IMG/VR virus record: IMGVR_UViG_3300042326_002445
Location: 124,001-188,000 of that record
Length of the DNA: 64,000 nucleotides
Reading direction: 5' to 3' (one strand)
The position numbers and the translations under genes are program-made. Every line of letters begins with the position of its first letter. Positions within the stretch are counted from its first letter, which is position 1. The notes under the pieces are model-generated. The model saw nothing but the letters and a program-made list of their open reading frames with translations, had not been told where the DNA came from and searched no databases. Shown here piece after piece: positions 12,001 through 23,800 of this stretch.

Positions 12001-15000
12001 TAATATTACTTTAATAAATCAGTGTTCTGGTTCTTATGTAAAATTAAGTAGTTTTAACAATTTATCTTTTGGTGCACGTTTTGGATTATCTTGTGTTTAC
12101 GAACCTACCGTTGGAGGCGTTACCGTAGCTGTTGGTTATCCAACATTTAATTCTGCATATCTTTCTTCATCAATAATATCTTTTATTGATTCTGTGGAAG
12201 AAGATTCATTAGAAATCAAGCCACCAGATAATGCCCTAATACAGCAAGGAAACGGAGCGGTAATGCTCTTTTACTTAAATGGAGCACTCACTTCTTTCGA
12301 ATCAGACGTAAATGGTCCATTGTATAAGATTATTGAAGGAAGTAATTTTAATCCAAACGTATCTACTAAGCCTTATTTTGGTTATGACATTGATGCAGAT
12401 TATAAGCATATAGTCATTTCTTCTCCATATGATACTGGATATAGTGCTGTTGGCGAGTCCAGTAATATACAAGAAGGAGGCTCAGTAAGAGTATTTGAAT
12501 TTAATCAGCCTTCTGCTCTTGGCGAAAGAGATGTTTTTGATGCATCTCAAAGTATAATTAACTTAAACTCCTTGTCTCAGTTCAATGTTCCGCAGCAAGT
12601 CTATCAGCTTGGCGGTGGCGCTTATTCTTTGCAGTGGCAGAAAAAGAAGTTTGGTAAGTTTGTAAAATTAATTAGTAATAAAATTTTAATAAGTGCTTGT
12701 GATGACGATCTTGTCATAGGTCCATCTGCTCAGAGTGGGTCTTATGGCAACGTATTCATGTTGGATAAAAATAAAAGTGGCACCTGGTCTTTTACTGGCT
12801 GCTATTATGACGCACACAAGGGGGACAGATTTGGACATAAGATAGAAGTTCTGTCAAGTTCTCCATCTAATGACCAAAACGATTTTATAGCCTTTATATC
12901 AGCTCCTGGAAACATGACATCAGCGAAGGCATTAAATGGCTTCTCTCAAAACGCTGTTGTAGGCAATACTGATTATAGATACGGCGCAGGAATAGTAAAG
13001 TCTGTAGTGGTATCTGGCAGTAAGGCTCTTGGAATTCTTCCGTCTAGAATACCTAGTGTGCTTGTTAATCAAGATGATAATGTTTCAGCTGAATATTTTA
13101 TAAAGTCTTCCGCTCTTGGATTAAAGCATGTTGCACATGATATTTCTTCAAGTGTTGCAAATTCAAGATATGTTTGGAAATATTATCCAGCAAGATTGCT
13201 TGAAAAATCTGCCATAAAGACTTCTATTAATGAAAATTCTATACCATCTTTCAAATTAGGAAAGTTTATTAAAGACCCTGTTTTCGCTGAGGCGGAAGAT
13301 TTTGCTTCTACATATAGCGATATAGGTGCATTTACTTTGTCAAATACTGCTTCAAATGTTTCTGACATAAGTATCGCAAATCTTTCATTATATGATAAAG
13401 AAAATCTTAACATAAGAGTTATGGAAATGCATCCAAGACCATATAGAACAGTTGATGCATCCATGAGTTCTCCTGATCAAGAAGACAGTGCAGCTGCTAA
13501 CTTACCTCAGCAAATTAGATCTGATTATTTCGATTTCGCTACTCCAACTTTTAATGAACTGAATGATAATGTCTACTTGTACGCTCCTATTATAAGTCCG
13601 CAGTCTGACAGATGGAGGGGTAGCATTGATAATACAAATTCTTTTGCCATAGCGCCTGTTAGAGCTAATAGATGGATAGTTCCTATATCGAAGATTAGCA
13701 ATGACAATTATTCTATATTTATAGATGGTATTGCAGTATGGAATCCAACATCTGCCAGTGTTGAATATAATATATCTGGTGGATATTATTTTAATTCTTC
13801 TCCTTTTATTAGATCTTCAACTTCTCCGCATACAGACGTTACTGGAAACCCGCTTATTAAACCATACAATGGAACTATTAACTCTGGCTTCTGGTGGTCT
13901 ACAAGAAATTACATATCTCCAGGATGTGTCCAGTTAGTGGACTCCTCAACAGAGGGCCACATGGTTGTGTGGCCGAATTTTAATCTGCCGCAGGGTACTT
14001 CTTCTGCAAATACTAACTGGGGAGCAAGCATAACAAGTTTTAGTGGTACTGAAAATTTTTATCTTGGAAAATTGTCTATAAAACCTGGCGCTTTGTCATC
14101 TGACAAAACTGGAGTAGATGCTTGCAAAATTGATAAGGGATATTTTTGGGGATTAAAGCTAGCTGATGGTTCATATAACGTATTTATAAATGCTTATAAT
14201 ACTTCAACATCTGTAACTGGTCATAGATTGCATCAAACTTCAAAATATTTAACCTGGAGTGGTTGTACTGTTGCAGAAGACAGAAATACTAATAGTACTG
14301 AATATTCTTCTGTGTATACAGGGTATATGCCATCATATGAATCTTATGACTTTAATCTTGGTCATATATTAAGTTATCCACCAATTAATTTTAGATGTTC
14401 TACAGGTAATACCAGACCGTATAATCAAACTCTAGGGGGTGCTAGCACTATTGATGCGATTAAGCTTGCTCCTAATGGTTCTACTCATGCATTGTATTTA
14501 AATGCAGTTGGCTGGAATAACACACTTATGAATGTTGGTGTTAAAGATATAATCATACATGGCCACTATAACTATCATGGATTCCAAAAATCAAACAATA
14601 CTGGAGACACCAATCAAATTTCCACAATAGCAGACAGAAGATCTCAGATAGTAACTTTTGTTTCAGGCTATGGTTCAAAAATTTATTCTATTAATGGCAA
14701 CAACAATGGCCCATCTTATTTTGCTCCATCAATTAAATTTACTTGCATTTTAGATCAAAGGTTATCTTCATACAAATCTTGGAAAAATAATTTTGGTGGT
14801 TTAGCGGACTGGAACACGAGTGGTAATCCTTATTCTGCTTGGGGAAAAGTTGCAAAGAATCCATCCCATTTTGCCAACAGCTTTACAAATAATCCGTCTT
14901 GGGTAACTAATTCTTATCCAAATTCATTTAACGCTAGAGTAGCTCCAACAGACACCATGTATATGGTTGATCTTTTTTGGGACTATGATCCCGACAGTAA

Positions 15001-18000
15001 TACTCCAAGTCCATCTCAAATAAGAGCAGCCATTTTCAGTAGTAATTTTGAAGGCAATTTTACTGACGTTTATGACAATATGCTGTTGCCTAAAAAGACA
15101 GAGCGTGGTTTAGCTCAGTCTGATTTTAATCTCTTCCCTATAAGAGCGTATCCTTTAAACAGAAATCAGCTTACTCATTTATCATGTACGGTCTGTCCTC
15201 AAGTGCTCCATATTGGAGAGGCTGTTTTTTTTACCGGTGCGAGAGATCCTCAAAATGATAGCGCTACTGCATATGATGATAGTAGAAGTGCATACTTTAG
15301 TGCTTCTCAGAATTTAAGTTCAAGCACATGCAGTAATGCATTAAGGGTTGAATATAACACAAGTTACATTAATATAGTGTCTTGCAAAACATTTACTGAC
15401 GGAATCGGTTTAGTTGTCGGATCAAATACGAATGAAAGTGGAGTTCATTTAAGTAGTTTTATTGGCTCTAGTGGCTTAGGTAGCAGCTGGTGCAGTAGCT
15501 CAAGTTCTAGTTATATAAATAACTTTTCTTATAAATATAAAACCATATTATATCCATCAATAACTTCTATTGATCACTTCAGACCATCTGCTGCTGGCTT
15601 TAGCTATTGGGATAATACCGGTACTTCAACAAATACTTCATTGGCTACCGTTGGAGCGCTTTACAATGGCGGCGGTCCTTCTTTGCTACAGTGGTATTCG
15701 CATTTTGCTTCTGTTTTTACACCCAACGGAGTAAGCGGTCCAGAATCAAACGGGACCATTGGGGAATATGCTCCAACATACTACACGTTACAGGGTTCTT
15801 ACAACTTGCCATACTTATACAATGCCTCCAATGGAAATTCAATAAGTTTCTGGTCGCGTTATAGGTACAACAACACTAACGCACAAACTTTGCTAGACAA
15901 ATTCCCTGCCACTCTGAATGGTTTAGTCGGAAACTATTTTGCTACTAATCCTGTATATCCAAAGCTTGGAAAACACTCTTCATTTAAGTATCCCTACAAG
16001 ACTAATATGCTCACAGGTCGTGGGCGAAATGTGCAAGTATCTGTTCTTGGAGCTGAATTAAGAAGTATAAGTAGAGATGAAATTGTTTATCAAAATGAAT
16101 TTATATATAGAAAGCTTTCTTATCATAGACAGAATTCTTCTGGAACAGTAAATGAAAGTGGAGCAGAATTCTCTCCAGTACATTCTATTGATACTGTTGG
16201 AAGTGTGAATGCTAGTGCATCTAATTTAGGAAGTTATGTAAATAATCAAAACACTAATGGGGACACTTGGTCTAATGATGCTACAAATATAGTCTCACTT
16301 AATATTAGCAACAGATTGAGTCCAGAGGACAATTCTAATCTTTCTAAATCACACATTAGAGAAGAATATCAAACTGATATTGCTACTAACACTGTTAATG
16401 GTGATCAAATTAGCAAACAATATCGAAGATTTTCTTTGTTTGATAGAGTAAGCCCAAAAGACTTTTTCAATAACCCTGAAACGCTTGTTTGTCTACCAAC
16501 TTTTGGAATGCCTGATTTGCTAGATTTCGCTGTAACCGTCAATAGTTTTACACATATTTTTGGTCTCGTCAATACTTTTAGCGATATGCCATCTGGCGAT
16601 TATCCAGACTCTGGAAATGTTGGAGCTGTTGGATTCACAGGCAATTTAACTACTAATGATAAAAACAATTTAGGATATAACGTAGACGCAGGAAAACAAT
16701 CTGCTTTTTGGAAAGCAATTAAAAATGGACTAGCTCACGTTATCGACGTAAACTCTTCTGTTATTTCCACCAGTCAGGGTCAAAGAATTCTTACAGTTAC
16801 GATACTTGCCTCTTTAAACGGCAATACTTGGAGTGCTAACAGTCCATCAAAACATAGTTTTGGATGGAAGAATAATATTTCCACGCAGAATATATTTGGC
16901 GGTGGATTAATATGTGCAGTAATAACTGCAAAACTTGATATAAATGGCGAAGTAAGTTCGGTTAAATCAACTTTTGCCAATTCCGAAGCTACTTTATCTG
17001 GTTCTATTAAGAGAAGCACGGTAGGTACTGGCCCTCAAGTTTTGCCAGAGACTTCTTGGTGTAGAATGGGCATATGGCTGCAGCCACTTCTTGGAACTAG
17101 AAAAATTTCCAAAGATAACTCTCCACACTATTGGCCAGGAAATTTTCCATGGAGTGCTTCTAGCGACATAAAGTATTTAGGAGTTAATCCAGGAGATCAG
17201 GCAACAAGCTCCACAAACTACTTCCATACATCTCCAGGCATGATAAAAGTCCCAATCAATAGATCTTATATGATCAAGCTTGGCAAGCATATAATGCTTA
17301 AGTACAATTCAGGCTCTGGTAGTGAAAAGTATTTTGCCGTCATAGGTCCATGCGTGTATAGAATAGAAAACGATGAATTAGATAAGGGACCTCTTTGGTG
17401 GGCAAACCAAAATAAATCTTCATGTTTTAAAATGCCTCAATACGTTTGGGACTCACGACCTATAGTTTTCCAAAAATTTGGATTATCATTTACTGACATG
17501 AGTACGATTAACTCAGCTAATGCTCTATTTGCATTCTCTGCGTATAGTGGTGAAGCGCAGCGCATGGTTCAATCATTTTTTAGAAATGATTCTTACACGC
17601 AAGATTTTGGTGCGAATTTAGTCTCAGAATTTGCAGCTTACGGCACCCTTAACGGCGGTGGAGGATCTCAATTTCCGCCTAACGAGCAATGGTTTGACTA
17701 CAACAGCGAAACTGAAGGATTCCGTATCCCAGTCGGTGTTGGTGCTGTAAATAATTCAGTTGCTATACTTGGAGAAGGAGTAGGCTTTAATGTTTCTGAG
17801 GGCAGTAAGATCCATGCGTTTGTTTTCTGGAGAAATGCTTTTTACAAAATTGAGCCCTCTGCTTCTGCAACTTCAAAAAAGCCTAAAATAACACAAATTC
17901 CAATAATCGCTACTTATCAAGATGCAGATGGTAATCCTGATAGCATAGCTACACAACTAGAGTCTGCTTACTCTTTACACAGATTGAACGGGTTCTTTAA

Positions 18001-20884
18001 TGGTAATGATAGATTTGTTATTACTGGAAATAGTGGAAATGATAGTAGTGGCGCATTTACTTATGTATTTAAGTTTAAATCAAATGGACAACAGGACGCT
18101 GACTTCTTTACTGGTCCGGGCATGGTCTATGAGTCAAAAATAAATGATATGGCAGTTACAGGAATAAACGACCTGTGCAACCAGTCATTTAAGTATCAAG
18201 TTTGGATGAGCAACGATGCAAGTATTATAGCGATAGGTAATCATAGATGGGATGCTCAGGCAGATGAGGTAAGTCCAAACGGCGAACCTCTTCCAGCTTT
18301 GTTCTACATAGATTTGTATAAAAAGCAAGTAACAGGATCTAGTGTCTCATATACTAAATTGCTAGAGCAAGGTCTGTCTCCTTCTTCTACAAGTAATGGT
18401 GCGCCAGTTGACGTATTTTGTTCTGCTATTTGGGGTGTAGCTAATGGCTCTAACAATTCTTTATATGATATATATGTGTGTTCTGGCATAGATCCAGATA
18501 CTGACTATTTAGATTATTTAGATTCAAATACCGCTAATTATAATGCTTCAAATTTTGAAAGACGTTTAGGCAGAGTGACTGTTTTCACTGCTTCAATTCC
18601 TTCCGGCAATGGAGCTGTAAAAAGAACAATAGAGCTAAGCGATATCGTACCTCCCACAGATCCTACTTTTAGTGAAAATAATAAATCATTTGCTAATTTG
18701 AATTTCTGGACTATGACGCCAGTAAGCGCAAAGAACGGTAGTTGTGGTTTAATGTTCTACAACAATACACTTGTTGCTTCTTCTTTGGGTCACCTTATGA
18801 AGATGAGTCCATCTAATTCTCAAGGCTCTGGTTGGAATCTTGATAGTATTGTTGGAGGATCTCCAGTTCCTAATGTGTCAGTCAAAAGAGTTTTAACTCC
18901 TTATTCCCAATACGGGTATGTTGGAAATACAAATAATACTAACAATATAACTTATGCAGATAATTCTGATATCTCAGTCATGTCTACGGTATCAGTACCA
19001 ACAGTAAACGCTTCTGCTTCTCCTGGATTTAATAAATTAGCATCCAAGATAGCATTTATTGAACTTTCAATTGACAACAATCCATATAGAAAAATATTTT
19101 CTATATCTAACTATACATCGTTGGTTGTTGGGAATGCTGATGTATCTCAAGTTGGCGTATTTGACGTAAATGAAGATATGAGTAGTAGTATTTGTTATCC
19201 AGCATATTCTGCTCTAAGTGCAAAAAGATTTGGCTACACATCTGGTCAGCCAAATCCAGAAACTCAAATATATAACCCAAGTATAAAGTCTTGGATTTAT
19301 GCATATGATTTGTCAAGCAGTCTTGGAGACGGAGAGTTGCAATATTCTGGATACGAATATACTTCAGATAACGAAGCTCATATTTTAGTAAAGCCACCTG
19401 TTCCAGATATAGAAAAGAAGCAGTTTTATTTTGGAGGCAATGAATTCTTGCCACTAGACGGGAATAATGTTTACCGTGATTATCACAATCAAATAGATCA
19501 GATAAAAGGCACTCTGATGCAGATGGACTGGAATGACGTTTCCGGCATCTTGTGGTGGGGAACTAATGACATATATGTGATGAGATCATACAAATATGAT
19601 CAGCACTATTCTCCATCTACTTCTGATATATTGTTGGAAAATTATGCAGCAAACAAGACTTATTATAAGAGTTTATCTTTGGGTATTCAAAGTGTTAACA
19701 AAAATGCTATGGTAAAATTCTCCATGCCAAATAATAGTAACCAATTAGTGGCAAATCCGGCTTGTGGAGACAACGATTATATTGGAACTAGTGGGTGCGG
19801 ATTGACAGGACCAAAAGTCATTACTGTTTCTGCAGTAACAAATTATGGCACTTTTGATTTAATGCATCAAAATTTTACATCTATAATACCGTTATTAAGA
19901 TCTAGAGAAAAACTTGGATTACAACGTTGTGTAGTTGTTTTAAATGACTTTACTGATCATATGAATGAACAAATATACAGAGATTCAGGATTTGGTTTTA
20001 ATAATGTAATTCCATTCTACAATTATTCTGCATCTAAATTTTCAAATCCATATAGAGATTACGCATTAGACATGTTTATAGATGATTCTATGAGTTTACT
20101 TTATAGTAAATCTGCATTGCAAATTAATCAGGGTGGTTTTTCTATGCCTAATATTAGTATACCAAGATGTGAAGGTAATATAGTTTTTGCTAGAAAATCA
20201 GTGTATGGATTATATAATACAAAATGGAATTATTTGATCAAGGATTTCGCTGGGTGCTTTGATCCAAACCATGGATGCATATATAATGGTGATAGAATGC
20301 TTTTGATTAAGCTGTCTTACATATATGAAGATTCAGTGTCTGCATCACATCCAGAGGCAGAATGGTATTTTGCTCCTGTTCTGACGACTATTTCTAATGC
20401 AGACGTGCCTGATTACAAGCCATCAATGGGAGCTTGTGTTTGTTCAGGTGAAATGCGGAACGCTAGTCGCAAAGTGTCTAAGTGGAAAATGAATGGGTCT
20501 TCAGGAGGAAATGATAAGAATTTATTAGATATAATAACTGTAGGAATTGGGGATACTTCTCCGGCACCTATTAGGAATAAAATAAATACTTCTTCTAGTG
20601 AAAATTCATCAGTCAAAGATTTAGTATTGTGTGGAAAAATTAGTTCAAACTTTATTAACTATGCGCTAAATAAAACTGGTTCTGCAAACATATCTGAATT
20701 AATGACAAAGATTAAAAACAGTTTATATGACGTAATTGAAGGACAAAAGTTCATGGATCCTGCAGGATGCATACATATAGTCGATACAGATTCATCAGAT
20801 CAAATGGATAATGTCAAAGAAGAATTTATGAGAAAGTTTATGAATACATTTAATGGATTTTACCATATCATAAGAGGCGCATAA
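9041..20884 (+). CDS. giant protein (3947 aa) with RCC1-like and FG-GAP/integrin-like beta-propeller repeats; probable tail fibre/adhesin
   Basis: RCC1-like MSCGIDFIVGI and KLVCGDSFFAVY (about 10736-11107). FG...ISAP...G.G.VY-type repeats (about 11468-13000). Ser/Glu linker at about 9715-9790. Asn/Ser/Gly-rich beta composition. Confidence 0.7.
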   Translation: MIKIRKIIYWHFAIYAGDAETINPESLPNDSISTLDMGLNVDNPIIVNGSPNVRAFSASTGYEWLIDISVANGITRDSNDDDKRTTIRSNNPNASPGFVWFDLAVVELKAVLGNPIVVDTLEQLSLVKDDNNDGARVQVKYVLFGAHKEGETGAQLRNEPNAFFDATNIPNEVSSEGDQTHQQLVDAMSSKTFVDEDGVPNSFFINIKYQEEVTKIGCCNIDVSESSSSSSEESSSSSSEESSSSSSSSSTLESCSSGLTLRSQPSIHNDRRRIWAVRQTADVNISNNAIYEGNFFLGSGQVVRKNYIASELVYADVEDVLNGEKSWNEINWQHAGYISFRENKPYAMALHKDPIFNKSDLSHSDGNLCTYHAYDNNFDLPVSIQSISWDTRGYLWALCSGGAKDSTPVTSNVVNGIESTEGVYGLIPGGWKKYPADMLYFGGSNTGTSSEYEDLNSSSLTGEIFSMSWGCDRDKKNEFLSIIDSDLNISIRKNKNSNINFPEDDNIIGDDGTLLKASSIYSGIEKICIIELDTKLPYLLSYNSVDSDLKNAIDIERSNNTQYSYMSCGIDFIVGITSSSQVKIFVNRSGSEIPSQDDADDLQEFINDDISNGYSVKKLVCGDSFFAVYLSSSSGASKLYARGYINGVSIWDGSDYDSSFIKYSSWDLSETKPILDIDAFGSYLIVVYSEGLSSSSNKSVYYTVSTVLSDLPIHNTSSASSSNTVDFIDYEFLNQLRKIYLDNTSNVIDEWANLTTRTSLISSKGLLGYNTDIYSNNLSGKINIFENSEYLTHPYFAQSQNIESRMQVDSGMFGYDVSSFVWQNESYLAISAPTEGSLLGANNGGILGQQNGQHGRGAIYIFKRYDKGFKVIQKIQHPDANAIAFGKQICLFATKDASDTSVMSLVCSYRGNTSDYTRIYYWNDVDQLFEWSELSDGLMTVGGLNLDPSTTDVSIFEIKRISDISISISCFTNNNKTGYAQFINTSNNITLINQCSGSYVKLSSFNNLSFGARFGLSCVYEPTVGGVTVAVGYPTFNSAYLSSSIISFIDSVEEDSLEIKPPDNALIQQGNGAVMLFYLNGALTSFESDVNGPLYKIIEGSNFNPNVSTKPYFGYDIDADYKHIVISSPYDTGYSAVGESSNIQEGGSVRVFEFNQPSALGERDVFDASQSIINLNSLSQFNVPQQVYQLGGGAYSLQWQKKKFGKFVKLISNKILISACDDDLVIGPSAQSGSYGNVFMLDKNKSGTWSFTGCYYDAHKGDRFGHKIEVLSSSPSNDQNDFIAFISAPGNMTSAKALNGFSQNAVVGNTDYRYGAGIVKSVVVSGSKALGILPSRIPSVLVNQDDNVSAEYFIKSSALGLKHVAHDISSSVANSRYVWKYYPARLLEKSAIKTSINENSIPSFKLGKFIKDPVFAEAEDFASTYSDIGAFTLSNTASNVSDISIANLSLYDKENLNIRVMEMHPRPYRTVDASMSSPDQEDSAAANLPQQIRSDYFDFATPTFNELNDNVYLYAPIISPQSDRWRGSIDNTNSFAIAPVRANRWIVPISKISNDNYSIFIDGIAVWNPTSASVEYNISGGYYFNSSPFIRSSTSPHTDVTGNPLIKPYNGTINSGFWWSTRNYISPGCVQLVDSSTEGHMVVWPNFNLPQGTSSANTNWGASITSFSGTENFYLGKLSIKPGALSSDKTGVDACKIDKGYFWGLKLADGSYNVFINAYNTSTSVTGHRLHQTSKYLTWSGCTVAEDRNTNSTEYSSVYTGYMPSYESYDFNLGHILSYPPINFRCSTGNTRPYNQTLGGASTIDAIKLAPNGSTHALYLNAVGWNNTLMNVGVKDIIIHGHYNYHGFQKSNNTGDTNQISTIADRRSQIVTFVSGYGSKIYSINGNNNGPSYFAPSIKFTCILDQRLSSYKSWKNNFGGLADWNTSGNPYSAWGKVAKNPSHFANSFTNNPSWVTNSYPNSFNARVAPTDTMYMVDLFWDYDPDSNTPSPSQIRAAIFSSNFEGNFTDVYDNMLLPKKTERGLAQSDFNLFPIRAYPLNRNQLTHLSCTVCPQVLHIGEAVFFTGARDPQNDSATAYDDSRSAYFSASQNLSSSTCSNALRVEYNTSYINIVSCKTFTDGIGLVVGSNTNESGVHLSSFIGSSGLGSSWCSSSSSSYINNFSYKYKTILYPSITSIDHFRPSAAGFSYWDNTGTSTNTSLATVGALYNGGGPSLLQWYSHFASVFTPNGVSGPESNGTIGEYAPTYYTLQGSYNLPYLYNASNGNSISFWSRYRYNNTNAQTLLDKFPATLNGLVGNYFATNPVYPKLGKHSSFKYPYKTNMLTGRGRNVQVSVLGAELRSISRDEIVYQNEFIYRKLSYHRQNSSGTVNESGAEFSPVHSIDTVGSVNASASNLGSYVNNQNTNGDTWSNDATNIVSLNISNRLSPEDNSNLSKSHIREEYQTDIATNTVNGDQISKQYRRFSLFDRVSPKDFFNNPETLVCLPTFGMPDLLDFAVTVNSFTHIFGLVNTFSDMPSGDYPDSGNVGAVGFTGNLTTNDKNNLGYNVDAGKQSAFWKAIKNGLAHVIDVNSSVISTSQGQRILTVTILASLNGNTWSANSPSKHSFGWKNNISTQNIFGGGLICAVITAKLDINGEVSSVKSTFANSEATLSGSIKRSTVGTGPQVLPETSWCRMGIWLQPLLGTRKISKDNSPHYWPGNFPWSASSDIKYLGVNPGDQATSSTNYFHTSPGMIKVPINRSYMIKLGKHIMLKYNSGSGSEKYFAVIGPCVYRIENDELDKGPLWWANQNKSSCFKMPQYVWDSRPIVFQKFGLSFTDMSTINSANALFAFSAYSGEAQRMVQSFFRNDSYTQDFGANLVSEFAAYGTLNGGGGSQFPPNEQWFDYNSETEGFRIPVGVGAVNNSVAILGEGVGFNVSEGSKIHAFVFWRNAFYKIEPSASATSKKPKITQIPIIATYQDADGNPDSIATQLESAYSLHRLNGFFNGNDRFVITGNSGNDSSGAFTYVFKFKSNGQQDADFFTGPGMVYESKINDMAVTGINDLCNQSFKYQVWMSNDASIIAIGNHRWDAQADEVSPNGEPLPALFYIDLYKKQVTGSSVSYTKLLEQGLSPSSTSNGAPVDVFCSAIWGVANGSNNSLYDIYVCSGIDPDTDYLDYLDSNTANYNASNFERRLGRVTVFTASIPSGNGAVKRTIELSDIVPPTDPTFSENNKSFANLNFWTMTPVSAKNGSCGLMFYNNTLVASSLGHLMKMSPSNSQGSGWNLDSIVGGSPVPNVSVKRVLTPYSQYGYVGNTNNTNNITYADNSDISVMSTVSVPTVNASASPGFNKLASKIAFIELSIDNNPYRKIFSISNYTSLVVGNADVSQVGVFDVNEDMSSSICYPAYSALSAKRFGYTSGQPNPETQIYNPSIKSWIYAYDLSSSLGDGELQYSGYEYTSDNEAHILVKPPVPDIEKKQFYFGGNEFLPLDGNNVYRDYHNQIDQIKGTLMQMDWNDVSGILWWGTNDIYVMRSYKYDQHYSPSTSDILLENYAANKTYYKSLSLGIQSVNKNAMVKFSMPNNSNQLVANPACGDNDYIGTSGCGLTGPKVITVSAVTNYGTFDLMHQNFTSIIPLLRSREKLGLQRCVVVLNDFTDHMNEQIYRDSGFGFNNVIPFYNYSASKFSNPYRDYALDMFIDDSMSLLYSKSALQINQGGFSMPNISIPRCEGNIVFARKSVYGLYNTKWNYLIKDFAGCFDPNHGCIYNGDRMLLIKLSYIYEDSVSASHPEAEWYFAPVLTTISNADVPDYKPSMGACVCSGEMRNASRKVSKWKMNGSSGGNDKNLLDIITVGIGDTSPAPIRNKINTSSSENSSVKDLVLCGKISSNFINYALNKTGSANISELMTKIKNSLYDVIEGQKFMDPAGCIHIVDTDSSDQMDNVKEEFMRKFMNTFNGFYHIIRGA
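9722..9769 (+). repeat. 24-bp direct repeat x2 (TCTAGTTCTTCTGAAGAGTCTAGT) in a Ser/Glu linker
   Basis: Exact copies at 9722-9745 and 9746-9769. Confidence 0.95.
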
Positions 20885-23800
20885 TGATTAGAAACCCATT
20901 TGAAACTACACAGTATGCGTCTAATTTTTTAAAAGAAAATATTATACTAGATTCTTCTGGAATTGGATTAACTGGCATAGACGTTTTAATGCAATTTCTT
21001 GTTAATCAGACAAGGATACGTCAAGAGGCAATCAGGATAGGTTATATTTCTAATAATCCTGCTAAAATAGACGGCGAAGATTACAGTCAAATAAGTTTGC
21101 TAGGACTTTCCTTTGATACGCCTCAGGGAATATATGATACTTCTCTGCTGATTGTAAATGCTGTTAAGCAAATGTTTGCTGGGCATCCATCTGGTTTGTA
21201 TGAAAAAGTTGCATATAGACCATCAATTATACAGTATCAAAATCCAGATGACGAAGTTTACGTATTGAGGGCAGGTGGATTTTTTCATAAAATAGGTGAC
21301 CCAAGTTCTGAAGCAACTACAATTGGAGACGATTATTTTGAGTATTTTGATGAAATTGTTGATGGAGATTATTTGACAAGTGATGATATTGATCGATTTA
21401 ATAATCCTCCATCTTTCGATAATCCATCAAGCCCTTACGCAACTCTTAATGAATATTTAAAGGATCAAGTTAAATGGGTTAACAGTGCTATTTCAGTTCT
21501 AAATAAATTAAAATTTATAAATAATAAACTTGTATTTACTTATCCATTTGCCGACATTGCATTTGGCACAGGATGTTCTTTTACTAAAACAATTAGTTCA
21601 ACAACAGCTCCAGACTCTAACGGCAAGCCAGTTGAAATAATACTAGACATGTCAGAGGTCGTGGGCTCCTGTATAGAAAGCGGCACTGATTCTTATGGTT
21701 ATATATGCATAAGATGGAGGAGCATGGGGAACGGCTCAAGATTTGTCATCATGCCTACACTGGGCTCAAATGCTCAGCAAACAGAATTTTTGAGAAAACC
21801 TTTGTGGGGCGCAGCTGTAGTCACTCCTTCGTCTGACCAACCATATGTTCACAGTAGTTCTCAAGGTCAAGGCTATTTAAGTTCTTCAAATTTTATTGAA
21901 TACGCTTCTTCTGATGAAATATTAAAAACATGGGATCCAGAAAGCGGAAATGTTTATGATCGTCCTGTAAGTCCAATTTTGAGATCAGGATGTATGAACG
22001 CTCCATGTTGCACCACAAACAATAATACAAATAAGCCTCCGTTCAGAGAGGGTGGAAATGATGCTAATTCTGATTTTGCCTGTATCTTAATAGATAAAGC
22101 ACTTTTTTCTACAGGTACAGGTTCTGAATGGGATAACAAAATTAGAATAGTTATTTTTTCTGGCTGTCAAAGTACGGGTGAAAATACTTCTTGGGAACTT
22201 GAGTTAAACTGTTTAGCATGCAACAACTGCAACAGCGATCTTTCTATTTGTGGCGGCGTTGCTTCTTCTAGCTCTAGTTCTGAAAACTTTAATTTTGGCG
22301 TATTTGTACTTGATGATCAGAATAAAATTGGTAAAATAGATCTTATTACTGGCAACCTGTCTGGAAGAATATTAAGAATAAAAAATGATGAAGGTAACAC
22401 TTTAGATGATCAAATACATGATATTGATTTTGACGATGAAGGAAATCTTTATGGTCTTGGAACTTCTGGCATTTTATATTTGATAAATAAAATAAATGGA
22501 CATGCAGATATTGTCGGAGACTCTGGACTAAGGAATACGAGCGGTCTTGGTTTTGGTAAAGATGGAAAATTATACACGGTTAATAATTCGACTTTATGTT
22601 CTTTAAATACTATAAATGGCGGTAGTACGTCAATAGGAAATATCGGTTACACTGGGAACGGAGATATATGTAGTGCTAAGTCTGGCACAAACAGATTGCT
22701 GGTGTCTGCCAAAAATGGTAACTCTAATATATTATTAGAAGTTGCAATAGGAACAAGCGGCGTTACTTCATCAGTAAAACTTTCTGTTGTTCCTAGAGTT
22801 TTTGGTTTGGCGAGAGAGCGGGGATCTTCTACCCCTCAACCTGTAGCGATTGCTGATCAAAAAATATATGCCTTTAATAGATGGGACACGGGCAATGCTT
22901 CAATGGTGGCTATATGTGATTTTTCACAATCTGGCTTATGTTGTGGCGTAGGAGCTGCATATTGGGATGGAGACTTTGAAGACGATAACGCTTTTAGGCT
23001 AACAGCAGAAGATTGTTCTGTCATACCAGTATGGTTAATATGTGAGCCTACAGCGAGTGGACAGCCCGTAAAGCTTGTAAAGATAGATGTAAAAACTGGT
23101 AATATTTTATCTCAAATAGATGTAGGTGGAAGCTACTCTGGTAGTATACCTATGGATATAGCGGTAAACGACACAGGAGAAATTTACATCAACGACAGCG
23201 ACAGGCTGTATCGCGTTGATCCTAATACGGGTATTGCTACAATAGTAGGCAATATAACATTCTCCACTCCGCAATACGCACCAATATTATCTGGTTTATC
23301 TTTTAGTAAAGACAATGTTTTGTACGGTTTTGCCGCCGATGGATATTTCCCGCCAGGCCCTCAGGCCTTAGAGAAATTTCCATTATTTACAATTGACACT
23401 CAGACTGCAGTTGCTTCTGTAGCCTGTGACGATTTTGGAATTGGCTGCAGTGGTGATGCTGCCGTATGGACAAATGATCTTTTAGAAAATTACTTTTTTA
23501 TTATAGGCTCTGGAGAGGTAAATGATCAAATTTATATTTCAAGATATGATTCAGCTGACCAAGAATGCATTGGTGAGTTAATTACTACTTCTGATGAATT
23601 TACATACGGAAATAAAGTTTGGGCAATTACAAATGCAAAAGACGGATTTTTATATGTAATTGTTGGTGAATCTAATAATAAAATTATTAAAATTGACCCA
23701 AATACTTATAGTTGGATTGATACTGGATTGAATGTTCAAAATATAGGAGTTGCTCACGGGGCTGCTTGGGCTCCTAATGATTTAGTGTGTGTAGGTGTAG

